Notes under the pieces: generated by a model | Told to the model about the DNA's origin: nothing | What the model saw: the letters and a program-made list of their open reading frames with translations, nothing else | Databases searched by the model: none | Shown here: piece by piece, positions 8,111 to 15,863 of the stretch | Layout of the letters: each line of letters opens with the position of its first letter | Numbering within the stretch: the first letter of the stretch is position 1 | Translations under genes and position numbers: made by a program | Source of the DNA: Deinococcaceae bacterium | GTDB taxonomy: Bacteria; Deinococcota; Deinococci; Deinococcales; Trueperaceae | DNA length: 18,913 nucleotides | Direction of reading: 5' to 3' | NCBI GenBank assembly: GCA_040256005.1 | Contig: JBDZWC010000052.1 | Span: 1-18,913, forward strand

Positions 8111-8842
8111 TTGAGCTTCCTCAGCCAAACTTGGGGGACGTGGTTGAACGTGGCGACCGTCGTGGTCGGCGGCGGGCTCGGCCTCCTCCTGCGGGGGCGG
8201 CTGCCCGAGCGGATCACGCTGGTCGTCATGCAGGCCATCGGTCTGGTCACCGTGCTCATCGGCGTCATGAACGCGCTGGACCTGGGCCGCGTTGACGAGC
8301 CACCTGGGCTCCTGGTCGGTCTGCTCGCGCTGGCCGTGGGAGGCGCCCTGGGTGAGGCCTGGCGCATCGAGGAGGCGCTCGACAGGTTCGGCGCCCGCCT
8401 AAAGCGAGCCTGGCGGGGGCAGGGCCGGTTCACCGAGGGCTTCGTGGCTGCCTCGCTGGTCTTCTGCGTCGGCCCGCTGACGCTGCTCGGAAGCATACAG
8501 AACGGTCTAACCGGTGAGGCCCAGTTCCTGGTGCTCAAGTCCGCCCTCGACGGCTTCACGGCCATGGCACTGGCCACCACGTTCGGCTTCGGGGTGCTGG
8601 TGTCCGTGCTCGTCATCGTCGTCTATCAGGGCGGTCTCTCGGTAGCGGCGGGGCTGTTCGCGGACCTGGTCCCCGACCCGGCGGCAGACCCACGCGTGCT
8701 CCTCGTCAACGGCGTTGGCGGCCTCATGATCGTGGGCCTGGGCCTCGGGCTGCTGGAGATCAAGCGGCTACGGGTAGCGTCGCTGCTGCCCGCCCTGCTG
8801 CTCGCCCCGCTGTTCTACTGGCTCGGCGGCCTCCTCTACTGA
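8111..8842 (+). CDS. DUF554 family membrane protein
   Basis: GTWLNVATVVVGG, EGFVAASLVFCVGPL..LGSIQNGL.G and KSALDGF motifs. TTG start 2 nt after the upstream stop. Confidence 0.88.
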   Translation: MSFLSQTWGTWLNVATVVVGGGLGLLLRGRLPERITLVVMQAIGLVTVLIGVMNALDLGRVDEPPGLLVGLLALAVGGALGEAWRIEEALDRFGARLKRAWRGQGRFTEGFVAASLVFCVGPLTLLGSIQNGLTGEAQFLVLKSALDGFTAMALATTFGFGVLVSVLVIVVYQGGLSVAAGLFADLVPDPAADPRVLLVNGVGGLMIVGLGLGLLEIKRLRVASLLPALLLAPLFYWLGGLLY

Positions 8843-8864
8843 CGTGTCCGCGGTAGCATCGCTC

Positions 8865-9164
8865 ATGCCGGCAGGCGAGCCCAGCATCGACGACGAGGCC
8901 CTCGCGCACCTGGAGCGGTTGGCGCGCTTGGAGGTGCCGGCGGACGAGCGCGAGAGCGTCAAGGCCGACCTGGCGGCCGTGCTGGAGTTCGTCGCCCAGC
9001 TGAACCACCTACCGGTAGATGGTGCAGACCTCGCCGGAGACGAGGCTACGTCCGGGCGGCCCGACGTCCCCAGGCCCAGCCTGGGCCAGCAGGCTGCCCT
9101 GTCGGTCGCGCCCGCGGCACGCGACGGCTACTTCGAGGTGCCTCGCACGGTCGACGAGGGCTGA
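8865..9164 (+). CDS. gatC: Asp/Glu-tRNA amidotransferase subunit C
   Basis: HLERLARL..., VLEFV.QL, R.D.PRPSL and AP...DGYFEVPR pattern. ATG 8865 lies 5 nt after TAGCAT (8854-8859). Confidence 0.88.
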   Translation: MPAGEPSIDDEALAHLERLARLEVPADERESVKADLAAVLEFVAQLNHLPVDGADLAGDEATSGRPDVPRPSLGQQAALSVAPAARDGYFEVPRTVDEG

Positions 9165-9254
9165 CCAGAGGGCCGCTCCCGGGAGCCAACCGGGCTCACT
9201 CGATCCGGAAGGGCACGTCGCTCGCCGGGTGACCGCTCGTCGACCCGCCGGCCC

Positions 9255-9260
9255 TATATT
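9255..9260 (+). promoter_or_regulatory. Putative -10 box TATATT (leaderless hlyC/corC)
   Basis: TATATT, then 6 nt, then ATG 9267. No Shine-Dalgarno. Confidence 0.65.
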
Positions 9261-9266
9261 CGCTCC

Positions 9267-10556
9267 ATGTCGGTCGCCATCGTCATCGTCCTCATCCTCC
9301 TGAACGGGCTGTTCGCGATGTCAGAGATCGCCGTCGTGTCCGCGAACAGGTTCCGCCTGGCCCAGCTGGCCGAGGAGGGCAACGCCGCGGCCGCGCGGGC
9401 GCTGGCGCTGGCAGAGAACCCGAACCGCTTCCTGTCCACCGTCCAGGTAGGCATCACGCTCGTCGGCGTCGTGTCGGGCGCCTTCGGTGGGGCGGCGCTC
9501 GCGGGCCCGTTGGCGGACCGACTCCAACGCATCGACTGGCTCGCGCCCTACGCCCAGCCCGTCGCCTTCGGGCTGGTGGTCGCCGGCATCACCTACCTCT
9601 CGCTGGTGATCGGCGAGCTGGTCCCCAAGCGCGTGGGGCTCTCGGACCCCGACCGCGTCGCGATGTCCATCGCCAACCTGATGCACCGGGTCTCGCAGGT
9701 CGCCAGGCCCGTGGTGTGGCTGCTGGCGGTGTCTACCGAGGGCCTGGTGAGGCTCCTGCGAATCCGACAGGCGGACGACACCATCAGCGAGAGCGACATC
9801 GAGACCCTCATCGCCCAGGGCCGCCAGGCAGGCGTCGTCGAGCCGGAGGAGCAGGAGATCATCGAGAACGCCTTCTGGCTCGGGGAGCGGCGCGTGAACG
9901 ACATCATGACGCCGCGCCACCAGGTCGTCTGGCTGCCTGTCGACGCTGGCCCGGCCGAGGTCAAGGAGCTGGTCAGTCGCTCGCCGCACGGGCGCTACCT
10001 GGTGGCCGACGGCGACCTCGACAGCGTGGTCGGGTTCGTCTCCTCCGCCGACCTGCTCGTCGGCTCGCTGAACGGGAACCTGAAGCTCGCCGATCACATG
10101 CAGGAGCCGGTCTACGTGCCGGAGACGCTGCCCATACTCGCGATGCTGGACCGCTTCCGGGAGTCGGGCAAGCGCCTCGCCGTCGTCGTCGACGAGTACG
10201 GGGGCTTCGAGGGCGTGCTGACGCTGGGTGACATCCTGGAGGAGCTCGTAGGCGACGTCGTGCCCGACCCCGAGGACCCTGAGGTCGTCGAGACCGACGA
10301 CGGCTGGCTCGTCGACGGCGGTGTGCACGTGGATGAGTTCGCCGAGTTGCTGGGCCTGAATGGGGAGACGCACCTGCAGGACGCCGGTTTCCAGACGGTG
10401 GGCGGGCTGGTGGCCGCGGAGCTCGGCAGGGTCCCGGCGGAGGGTGACGCCTTCGAGTGGCACGGTCACCGCATCGCCGTGACAGCCATGGACGGGCAGC
10501 GCCTCTTACAGGTGCGGGTGAGTCGACCTCCCGAGGTCGAGAGCGAGGAGCGTTAG
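9267..10556 (+). CDS. HlyC/CorC (CNNM/DUF21-CBS-CorC) family protein, 'hemolysin family'
   Basis: NGLFAMSEIA, FLSTVQVGIT, GELVPK, IMTPR, VVDEYG..EG..T..D..EE.VG and C-terminal TVGG...LG.VP..GD motifs. Confidence 0.93.
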   Translation: MSVAIVIVLILLNGLFAMSEIAVVSANRFRLAQLAEEGNAAAARALALAENPNRFLSTVQVGITLVGVVSGAFGGAALAGPLADRLQRIDWLAPYAQPVAFGLVVAGITYLSLVIGELVPKRVGLSDPDRVAMSIANLMHRVSQVARPVVWLLAVSTEGLVRLLRIRQADDTISESDIETLIAQGRQAGVVEPEEQEIIENAFWLGERRVNDIMTPRHQVVWLPVDAGPAEVKELVSRSPHGRYLVADGDLDSVVGFVSSADLLVGSLNGNLKLADHMQEPVYVPETLPILAMLDRFRESGKRLAVVVDEYGGFEGVLTLGDILEELVGDVVPDPEDPEVVETDDGWLVDGGVHVDEFAELLGLNGETHLQDAGFQTVGGLVAAELGRVPAEGDAFEWHGHRIAVTAMDGQRLLQVRVSRPPEVESEER

Positions 10557-10566
10557 TCTCGGGCAC

Positions 10567-12570
10567 GTGAACCGCGTCGTGTCGCTCCTGCGCCGCACCT
10601 TGCCACGTCGCGCGGGCTCCGAAGGCCAGAGCTTCCTGGCCAAGTGGGCCGTGCTCGGCACCGTCATCGGGGTCGTAGCGGGGCTCGGGGCGGCCCTCTT
10701 CTTCTTCGCGCTGGAGAAGGCCACCCAGCTGTTCCTGGTGGGGCTGGCCGGCTACCAACCTCCCCTGCCAGCCGGCGAGGGCGGCATCGGCAGCCCCCTT
10801 ACGACCGTCACGCCCTGGCTCGTGCCCTTCGTCATCTCCGCGGGCGGCCTCGTGTCCGGTCTGATCGTGGCCAGGCTGGCGCCGGAGGCAGAGGGCCACG
10901 GCACCGACGCGGCCATACGCGCCATCCACCGGGACGCGGGGCGGGTGAGGCGCCGGATCCCGCTCGTCAAGCTCGTCGCCTCCGCGATCACGATCGGGAC
11001 GGGCGGCTCCGGCGGGCGCGAGGGTCCCGCCGCTCAGATCTCGGCTGGGTTCGGGTCGGCGCTGGCCGACTGGCTGCGCCTGAGCGCGCAGGACCGCCGG
11101 ATAGCGGTCGCAGCGGGCATGGGAGCCGGCATCGGTGCGATCTTCAGGGCGCCACTGGGCGGAGCGCTCATGGCGGCGGAGATCCTGTATCTTGGCGACC
11201 TCGAGACCGACGTCCTGATCCCGGGTCTCATCTCCTCGATCGTCGGCTACAGCGTCTTCGGCGCCTTCTACGGGTTCGACCCCATCTTCGGCGCCCAACC
11301 ACACATAGCCCTCGAGTCGCCGCTGCAACTGCCTTACTACGCGCTGCTCGGCATCGCCTGCGGGCTCGTCGGCATCGTCTACGCCAAGGTGTTCTACGGC
11401 GTCTCGGGTGTGTTCCAGCGGCTGCGCTGGCCCGCCTGGCTCAAGCCGGCCGTGGGCGGTCTGGCGGTCGGGCTGCTGGCGCTGGCGGTGCCCCAGGTGC
11501 TGCACACGGGCTACGGCTGGGTGCAGCTCGGGATGAGCACACAGGTCCTCGAGCTGCCCTTGCTGCTGGTGTTGGCGCTCCCCTTCGCGAAGATTCTGGC
11601 TACCGGCCTGTCCATCGGGTCGGGTGGGTCGGGCGGCATCTTCGGTCCCGGCATGGTCATCGGGGGGCTGCTGGGAGCCGCGTTCTGGCGTCTGGGTCAC
11701 GGCGTGCTGCCTCAGCTCCCGGCGGAGCCGGCGCCTCTCGTGATCGTGGGGATGATGGCGCTCTTCGGGGGGATCGCCCACGCTCCACTGGCGATGATGC
11801 TGATGGTCGCGGAGATGACCGGCAACCTGTCGCTACTGGCGCCGGCGATGATCGCCGTGGCGCTGTCCACGGCCCTGGTAGGCGAGCGCACCATCTACCG
11901 AGCCCAGCTGCCGAACCGGGCCGCCTCGCCCGCGCACCGCGTGAGGTTGGCCTTCCCGCTCCTATCGGCGCTGACGGTGAGGGACGCCATGCGCGACGCC
12001 GTCGTCGTCCCTGAGGGCGCCTCCATCCAGCAGGCGCTGGAGGCCGGAGGCGAGGACGGTGCCGTCGTCGCGAGGGCGGGAGCGCCCATCGGGATCGTCA
12101 CGCCCGCCACGCTGCTCGAGGCTCCCTCCGGCGCAGCTCTCTCCAGCGCGCTGAAGACCTGCCGCGCGCTGCCCGCCGACCTGCCACTGGACGAGGCGCT
12201 ACAGTCTCTCGACGACGAGGGCCTACCGTGGCTGCCCGTGGTGGAGGACGGCCGGGTAGTGGGTCGCGTTGGCATGCGAGGGATCGTGAGGACGTACAAG
12301 GCGACGTTGGGGCGCGGTGTCAGGCGCGTCACCGACCTGCCGCCCGAGACCGGGCTCCTGGAGGCCACGGTGAAGCCGACCTCGCCGCTGGCCGGCCTCT
12401 CGCTGGCCCAGGCGCGGCTGCCGCCCTCGACGCTGGTCGTGTCGCTGGTCAGGGAGGGCGCGGTGACCTACCCTCGCGGGGACACCGTCATCCAGCCGGG
12501 TGACAGGCTCACCGTGCTGACGGCCGCCGGCTCGGAGGACCTGGTGCAGCGCTACCTCGTGGGCGACTGA
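10567..12570 (+). CDS. ClC chloride channel/antiporter with C-terminal CBS-like pair and RCK_C (TrkA-C) domain
   Basis: GHGTD, GGSGGREGP (gating Glu), FRAPLGGALMAAE, GSGGIFGP and AHAPL motifs. CBS-like V.DAM...LPVVEDG.VVG. RCK_C-like SPLAG.SL...LP...LVVSL.R.G....P.GDTVIQPGD.L. Confidence 0.92.
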   Translation: MNRVVSLLRRTLPRRAGSEGQSFLAKWAVLGTVIGVVAGLGAALFFFALEKATQLFLVGLAGYQPPLPAGEGGIGSPLTTVTPWLVPFVISAGGLVSGLIVARLAPEAEGHGTDAAIRAIHRDAGRVRRRIPLVKLVASAITIGTGGSGGREGPAAQISAGFGSALADWLRLSAQDRRIAVAAGMGAGIGAIFRAPLGGALMAAEILYLGDLETDVLIPGLISSIVGYSVFGAFYGFDPIFGAQPHIALESPLQLPYYALLGIACGLVGIVYAKVFYGVSGVFQRLRWPAWLKPAVGGLAVGLLALAVPQVLHTGYGWVQLGMSTQVLELPLLLVLALPFAKILATGLSIGSGGSGGIFGPGMVIGGLLGAAFWRLGHGVLPQLPAEPAPLVIVGMMALFGGIAHAPLAMMLMVAEMTGNLSLLAPAMIAVALSTALVGERTIYRAQLPNRAASPAHRVRLAFPLLSALTVRDAMRDAVVVPEGASIQQALEAGGEDGAVVARAGAPIGIVTPATLLEAPSGAALSSALKTCRALPADLPLDEALQSLDDEGLPWLPVVEDGRVVGRVGMRGIVRTYKATLGRGVRRVTDLPPETGLLEATVKPTSPLAGLSLAQARLPPSTLVVSLVREGAVTYPRGDTVIQPGDRLTVLTAAGSEDLVQRYLVGD

Positions 12571-12611
12571 TCCCAGTCACTGGTACTGGACCGGGAGCGC
12601 CGGTGCGCTGA

Positions 12612-13889
12612 TCAGAGCACCTTGGTGCCCAGGTAACCGGCCAGCGCGTCCGGAACCCGGACGGTGCCGTCGGCACGCTGGTTGTTCTCGACGAGCGCGG
12701 CGATCGTGCGCGGGAACGCCAGGGCGCTGCCGTTGAGGGTGTGCACCGGTTCGGGCCTGCCCTTGGCGTTCACCCCACCCGGCCTGGCGCGAGTCTTGAG
12801 GCGGTTGGCCTGGAACGCCTCGAGGTTGCTGACGCTGGACACCTCGAGCCAACGGCCCTGGCCGGCGCTCCAGACCTCGAGGTCGTACTTCTTGGCCTGA
12901 GTGAACCCGAGGTCGCCGGTGCACATGAGCAGGCGACGGTAAGGTAGCGCGAGCTCCTCCAGGAGCGACTCCGAGACGGCCACCATCTCGTCGAGCGCCT
13001 GGTAACTGAGCTCCGGCCGCGTGAACTGGACCATCTCGACCTTGTCGAACTGGTGGACGCGGTTGAGGCCCCTCACGTCCTTGCCGTGGCTGCCGGCCTC
13101 GCGCCGGAAGCAGGCCGTGTACGCCGCGTAGCGGATGGGCAACGCGTCGGCGTCGAGGATCTCGTCACGGTGGAGGTTGGTCAGGGGCACCTCCGAGGTC
13201 GGGACCAGGTACAGGCCGCCCGTGACCTCGTACATCTGCCCCTCCTTGTCCGGCAGCTGCCCGGTGGCTGTCGCCGACTCCGCGTTGACGAGGACCGGGG
13301 GCACGATCTCCTCGAACCCGTGCGCGGCGAGCCGATCGAGGAAGTATGCCTGCAACGCCCTGACCAGGCGACTCCCGGCTCCCTTGAACACGGGGAACCC
13401 GGCACCCGTCACCTTGACGCCGGCCTCCAGGTCAAGCCAACCCCGCTGAGCCATCAGCTCCCAGTGCGGCTTCGGCTCGAAGTCGAGCTGCGGCTTGTCG
13501 CCCCACTCCTTGTCCACGACGTTGTCGTGCTCGCTGGCGCCGAACGGGACGCTCTCGTGGGGCAGGTTCGGGATCGCCAGCATGAGCTGAGAGATCTGCT
13601 GCTCGAGGCTGCGCTCGGTCTCCTCGAGGCGCTTGACCTCGCCGGATAGCTCCGACAGGCGAGCCATGAGCTGGGGATCGTCCTCGCCGCGGCGCTTCAT
13701 CTCGCCCACCAGCCTGCTGTCGGCGTTGCGGCGCGCCTGCTTCTCCTCTAAGTCGGTCCGCACCAGCCTGTGCTCCTCGTCGAGGCGCAGCAGTTGCTCC
13801 AGCTTGGGCAGGTCGGGCTCCATCATCTTCGCGCGCATCGCGCGCCTCACCGTCTCGGGGTTCTCGCGTACGAAGCGCAAGTCGAGCAT
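12612..13889 (-). CDS. serS: Serine--tRNA ligase
   Basis: MLD..F.REN start, N-terminal coiled coil, PTSEVP, CFRREAGS.G.D.RGL.R.HQF.KVE, EVSS.SN and HTLNGS.LA..R motifs. Confidence 0.97.
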   Translation of the reverse strand: MLDLRFVRENPETVRRAMRAKMMEPDLPKLEQLLRLDEEHRLVRTDLEEKQARRNADSRLVGEMKRRGEDDPQLMARLSELSGEVKRLEETERSLEQQISQLMLAIPNLPHESVPFGASEHDNVVDKEWGDKPQLDFEPKPHWELMAQRGWLDLEAGVKVTGAGFPVFKGAGSRLVRALQAYFLDRLAAHGFEEIVPPVLVNAESATATGQLPDKEGQMYEVTGGLYLVPTSEVPLTNLHRDEILDADALPIRYAAYTACFRREAGSHGKDVRGLNRVHQFDKVEMVQFTRPELSYQALDEMVAVSESLLEELALPYRRLLMCTGDLGFTQAKKYDLEVWSAGQGRWLEVSSVSNLEAFQANRLKTRARPGGVNAKGRPEPVHTLNGSALAFPRTIAALVENNQRADGTVRVPDALAGYLGTKVL

Positions 13890-13896
13890 GGCTGAC

Positions 13897-13902
13897 AGTG
13901 TA
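13897..13902 (-). promoter_or_regulatory. Putative -10 box TACACT (leaderless serS)
   Basis: Minus strand reads TACACT-gtcagcc-ATG (13889). Confidence 0.65.
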
Positions 13903-13984
13903 CGAGCTTACTCATCGCCCCAGCCGGGCGGCCGGTATCCTCGCCTGGGACAGGCACGCACCGCGGTGCCGCCGGGAGGATGAA

Positions 13985-15079
13985 GTGATCAAGCGCCTGT
14001 TCGGCCCGGCCGAGAGCGGCAAGGCGCCGGACCAGTTGGGGTCGGTCGAGAGGCTGCTCCGGCTGACCAAGTCGGCGGAGCGGAGCGAAGAGGTTCTCAA
14101 GACGCTGAGCGCCTCTCTGCCCGGCGACGTGCGCGGGTACGTGGTGCGGGGCGACGACGAGGCGGGCTACGCCTTCGAGGCGCAGGTCGGGTACGGCCCC
14201 TCGCTGCTCGACGTGGAACCGGGACACGGCCCCTGGCGCTCGCCGGGTCCGCGCGTGGTCGGCAACCATATCCCGGAGATGTTCACGCCCAACGATCAAG
14301 CGCGGCGCGCGCAGTACGCCGACCTGGGCCTGCGCGACGCGACCTCGACGCTGGTGGTGCCGGTGACCGGCAGGTTCGTCGGACATGGCGCGCTCGTGTT
14401 GCATAGGCACGGCGGCCAGAGCTTCACCGAGGAAGAGCTGAAGGTGGCCGCGCGCTGGGGCTCGGTGCTGGGCGAGGCCCAGAGCATGGACGCCGAGCTG
14501 CGCCGCGCCAAGCTCAGCCTCGTCGAGTTCACGCGTGCGTTCACGCAGGCGTTCGAAGCCCAGGACTTCGCCCAACTGGGCCACGCCGAGCGCGTCACGG
14601 CCTACGCCCTGGCGCTGGGCCGGGCGCTGGGCCTCAACAGGCAGCAGCAGGCCGACCTCTACTTCGCGGCCATGCTCCACGACATCGGCAAGCTGGGCAG
14701 CGGGCTCGACCTGAGCATCGAGGACCTGGAGCACCCGCAGCGCGGGGCCAACATGGTGGCCTCAGCCGCCATGCTCGAGGAGGCGGCCGAGGGCATCAGG
14801 CACCACCACGAGTCATGGGACGGCTCGGGCTTCCCCAACGGCCTGCGCAAGGACGCCATCCCCCTGCTGGCCCGGATCGTGGCGGTCGCGGACACCTTCG
14901 ACGTGCTGTCGAGCGAGCGTGGGCAGGCGTTGCCGCTACGCGAGGTCGAGAAGCAGTTGGAGGCGCGCAGCGGCAAGGAGCTCGACCCCTCGCTGGTGTC
15001 CCTGTTCGGGAACATCCTCAGGCAGGGTCGCGACACCGCCGAGCTGGCCCGCCTGCAAGAGACAGACCTGCCGTTCTGA
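13985..15079 (+). CDS. GAF + HD-GYP-like phosphohydrolase (degenerate)
   Basis: SD GGAGGA (13975-13980) before GTG 13985. GAF-like LVVPV...GALVL....F..EE. HD-domain motifs GHAERV, LHDIGK, HP..GA, HHESWDGSGFP.GL and ARIVAVADTFD. Confidence 0.85.
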   Translation: MIKRLFGPAESGKAPDQLGSVERLLRLTKSAERSEEVLKTLSASLPGDVRGYVVRGDDEAGYAFEAQVGYGPSLLDVEPGHGPWRSPGPRVVGNHIPEMFTPNDQARRAQYADLGLRDATSTLVVPVTGRFVGHGALVLHRHGGQSFTEEELKVAARWGSVLGEAQSMDAELRRAKLSLVEFTRAFTQAFEAQDFAQLGHAERVTAYALALGRALGLNRQQQADLYFAAMLHDIGKLGSGLDLSIEDLEHPQRGANMVASAAMLEEAAEGIRHHHESWDGSGFPNGLRKDAIPLLARIVAVADTFDVLSSERGQALPLREVEKQLEARSGKELDPSLVSLFGNILRQGRDTAELARLQETDLPF

Positions 15080-15149
15080 TCACAGGCTCGCTGGGACCCG
15101 CGCGGGAGGCTCCAGCCGCTGGCCGGCCCGGTGGTACGCTTCTGCAGCG

Positions 15150-15842
15150 ATGAGCGTAGAGGTCGTGACCTACCGCCTCACCTACCGCGGCAAGCCGGTG
15201 GGCACGCACGTCATCAAGTCTGAGGTCGCCGGCAGGGTGCGGCGGATGGAGTCCAGGGCCGGCTACCAGGGCCAGCTCGGGAACGTGGTCATCACCCAGC
15301 GCAGCCGCGCCAGCGCGCAGCACCACCACAGCCACCGCTACCGCGAGGAGACGCAGGAGCGTGAGGGCAAGCGCGTCTACGACGTCCACTTCGACTCCCA
15401 GACCGGTCTGGTGCACGCCAGCACGGGAGCCAAGGACGTCGCCACGGCGCCGTACATACGGCCCTACCGGGACCCCTTGTCGCTGCTCAGCCAGGTGAGG
15501 TCGCTCGCCGGCAACAGCGTCACGAACGTCGCCATGCTCGGCAAGGACGTCAGCGTCCAGTTCGCCGGCGAGGTGGACATCAGCACGGCGCTGGGCGAGA
15601 AGAGGGCCTGGGCCTACGTCCTGCAGCCGGGCGGCAGCGTGGTCTACGTCGACGTCACCGGCAGCAACGCCATCCTCAAGATGACCCAGCGCCTCACGGA
15701 GGGCCATTTGGACTCGTTGGTCGTGAGCGTCTCCAGCGAGGCGACCATGGAGACCTTCGGCGACGAGCAGAGGACCGGCGGCAAGCGCTCTCAGTCGCGG
15801 CGACGTGGCAGGCGCCGCCCGCGCCGGCGCAAGCGCGGCTGA
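15150..15842 (+). CDS. Hypothetical beta-rich protein (DUF3108-like) with an Arg-rich C-terminal tail
   Basis: ATG 15150 lies 9 nt after TGgTACGCT. Y.L.Y.G..VG, DPLSLL..VR and I.T.LG....W patterns recall DUF3108. Ends in RRRGRRRPRRRKRG. Confidence 0.65.
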   Translation: MSVEVVTYRLTYRGKPVGTHVIKSEVAGRVRRMESRAGYQGQLGNVVITQRSRASAQHHHSHRYREETQEREGKRVYDVHFDSQTGLVHASTGAKDVATAPYIRPYRDPLSLLSQVRSLAGNSVTNVAMLGKDVSVQFAGEVDISTALGEKRAWAYVLQPGGSVVYVDVTGSNAILKMTQRLTEGHLDSLVVSVSSEATMETFGDEQRTGGKRSQSRRRGRRRPRRRKRG

Positions 15843-15863
15843 CCAGCCCCCGAGAAGACCATC

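Noticed and set aside
8865..9164. gatC without gatA/gatB as an anomaly
   Set aside because: Scattered gat genes are known in Deinococcus-Thermus, so this is not unusual.
9175..9186. Perfect palindrome GCTCCCGGGAGC sharing TCCCGGGAGCC with repeat unit 1
   Set aside because: A short GC-rich match that is plausibly chance, with no further copies to support a REP family.
9973..11781. 602-aa minus-strand ORF, plus other long alternative ORFs such as 3684-4892, 5293-6492, 9321-10469, 10644-12014 and 15018-16382
   Set aside because: They overlap well-supported genes, show no recognisable motifs, and are expected shadow ORFs in very GC-rich DNA.
10567..12570. Fluoride-specific CLC-F or fluoride riboswitch
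   Set aside because: The motifs are GHGTD/GREGP/GIFGP rather than GNNLI/GREGT/GEVTP, and only 10 nt lie upstream.
12571..12611. Bidirectional terminator between ClC and serS
   Set aside because: Only short CCAGT/ACTGG and ACCGG/CCGGT stems are present, with no U-tracts.
13890..13984. T-box riboswitch upstream of serS
   Set aside because: The region is too short, has no T-box motif, and the gene appears leaderless.
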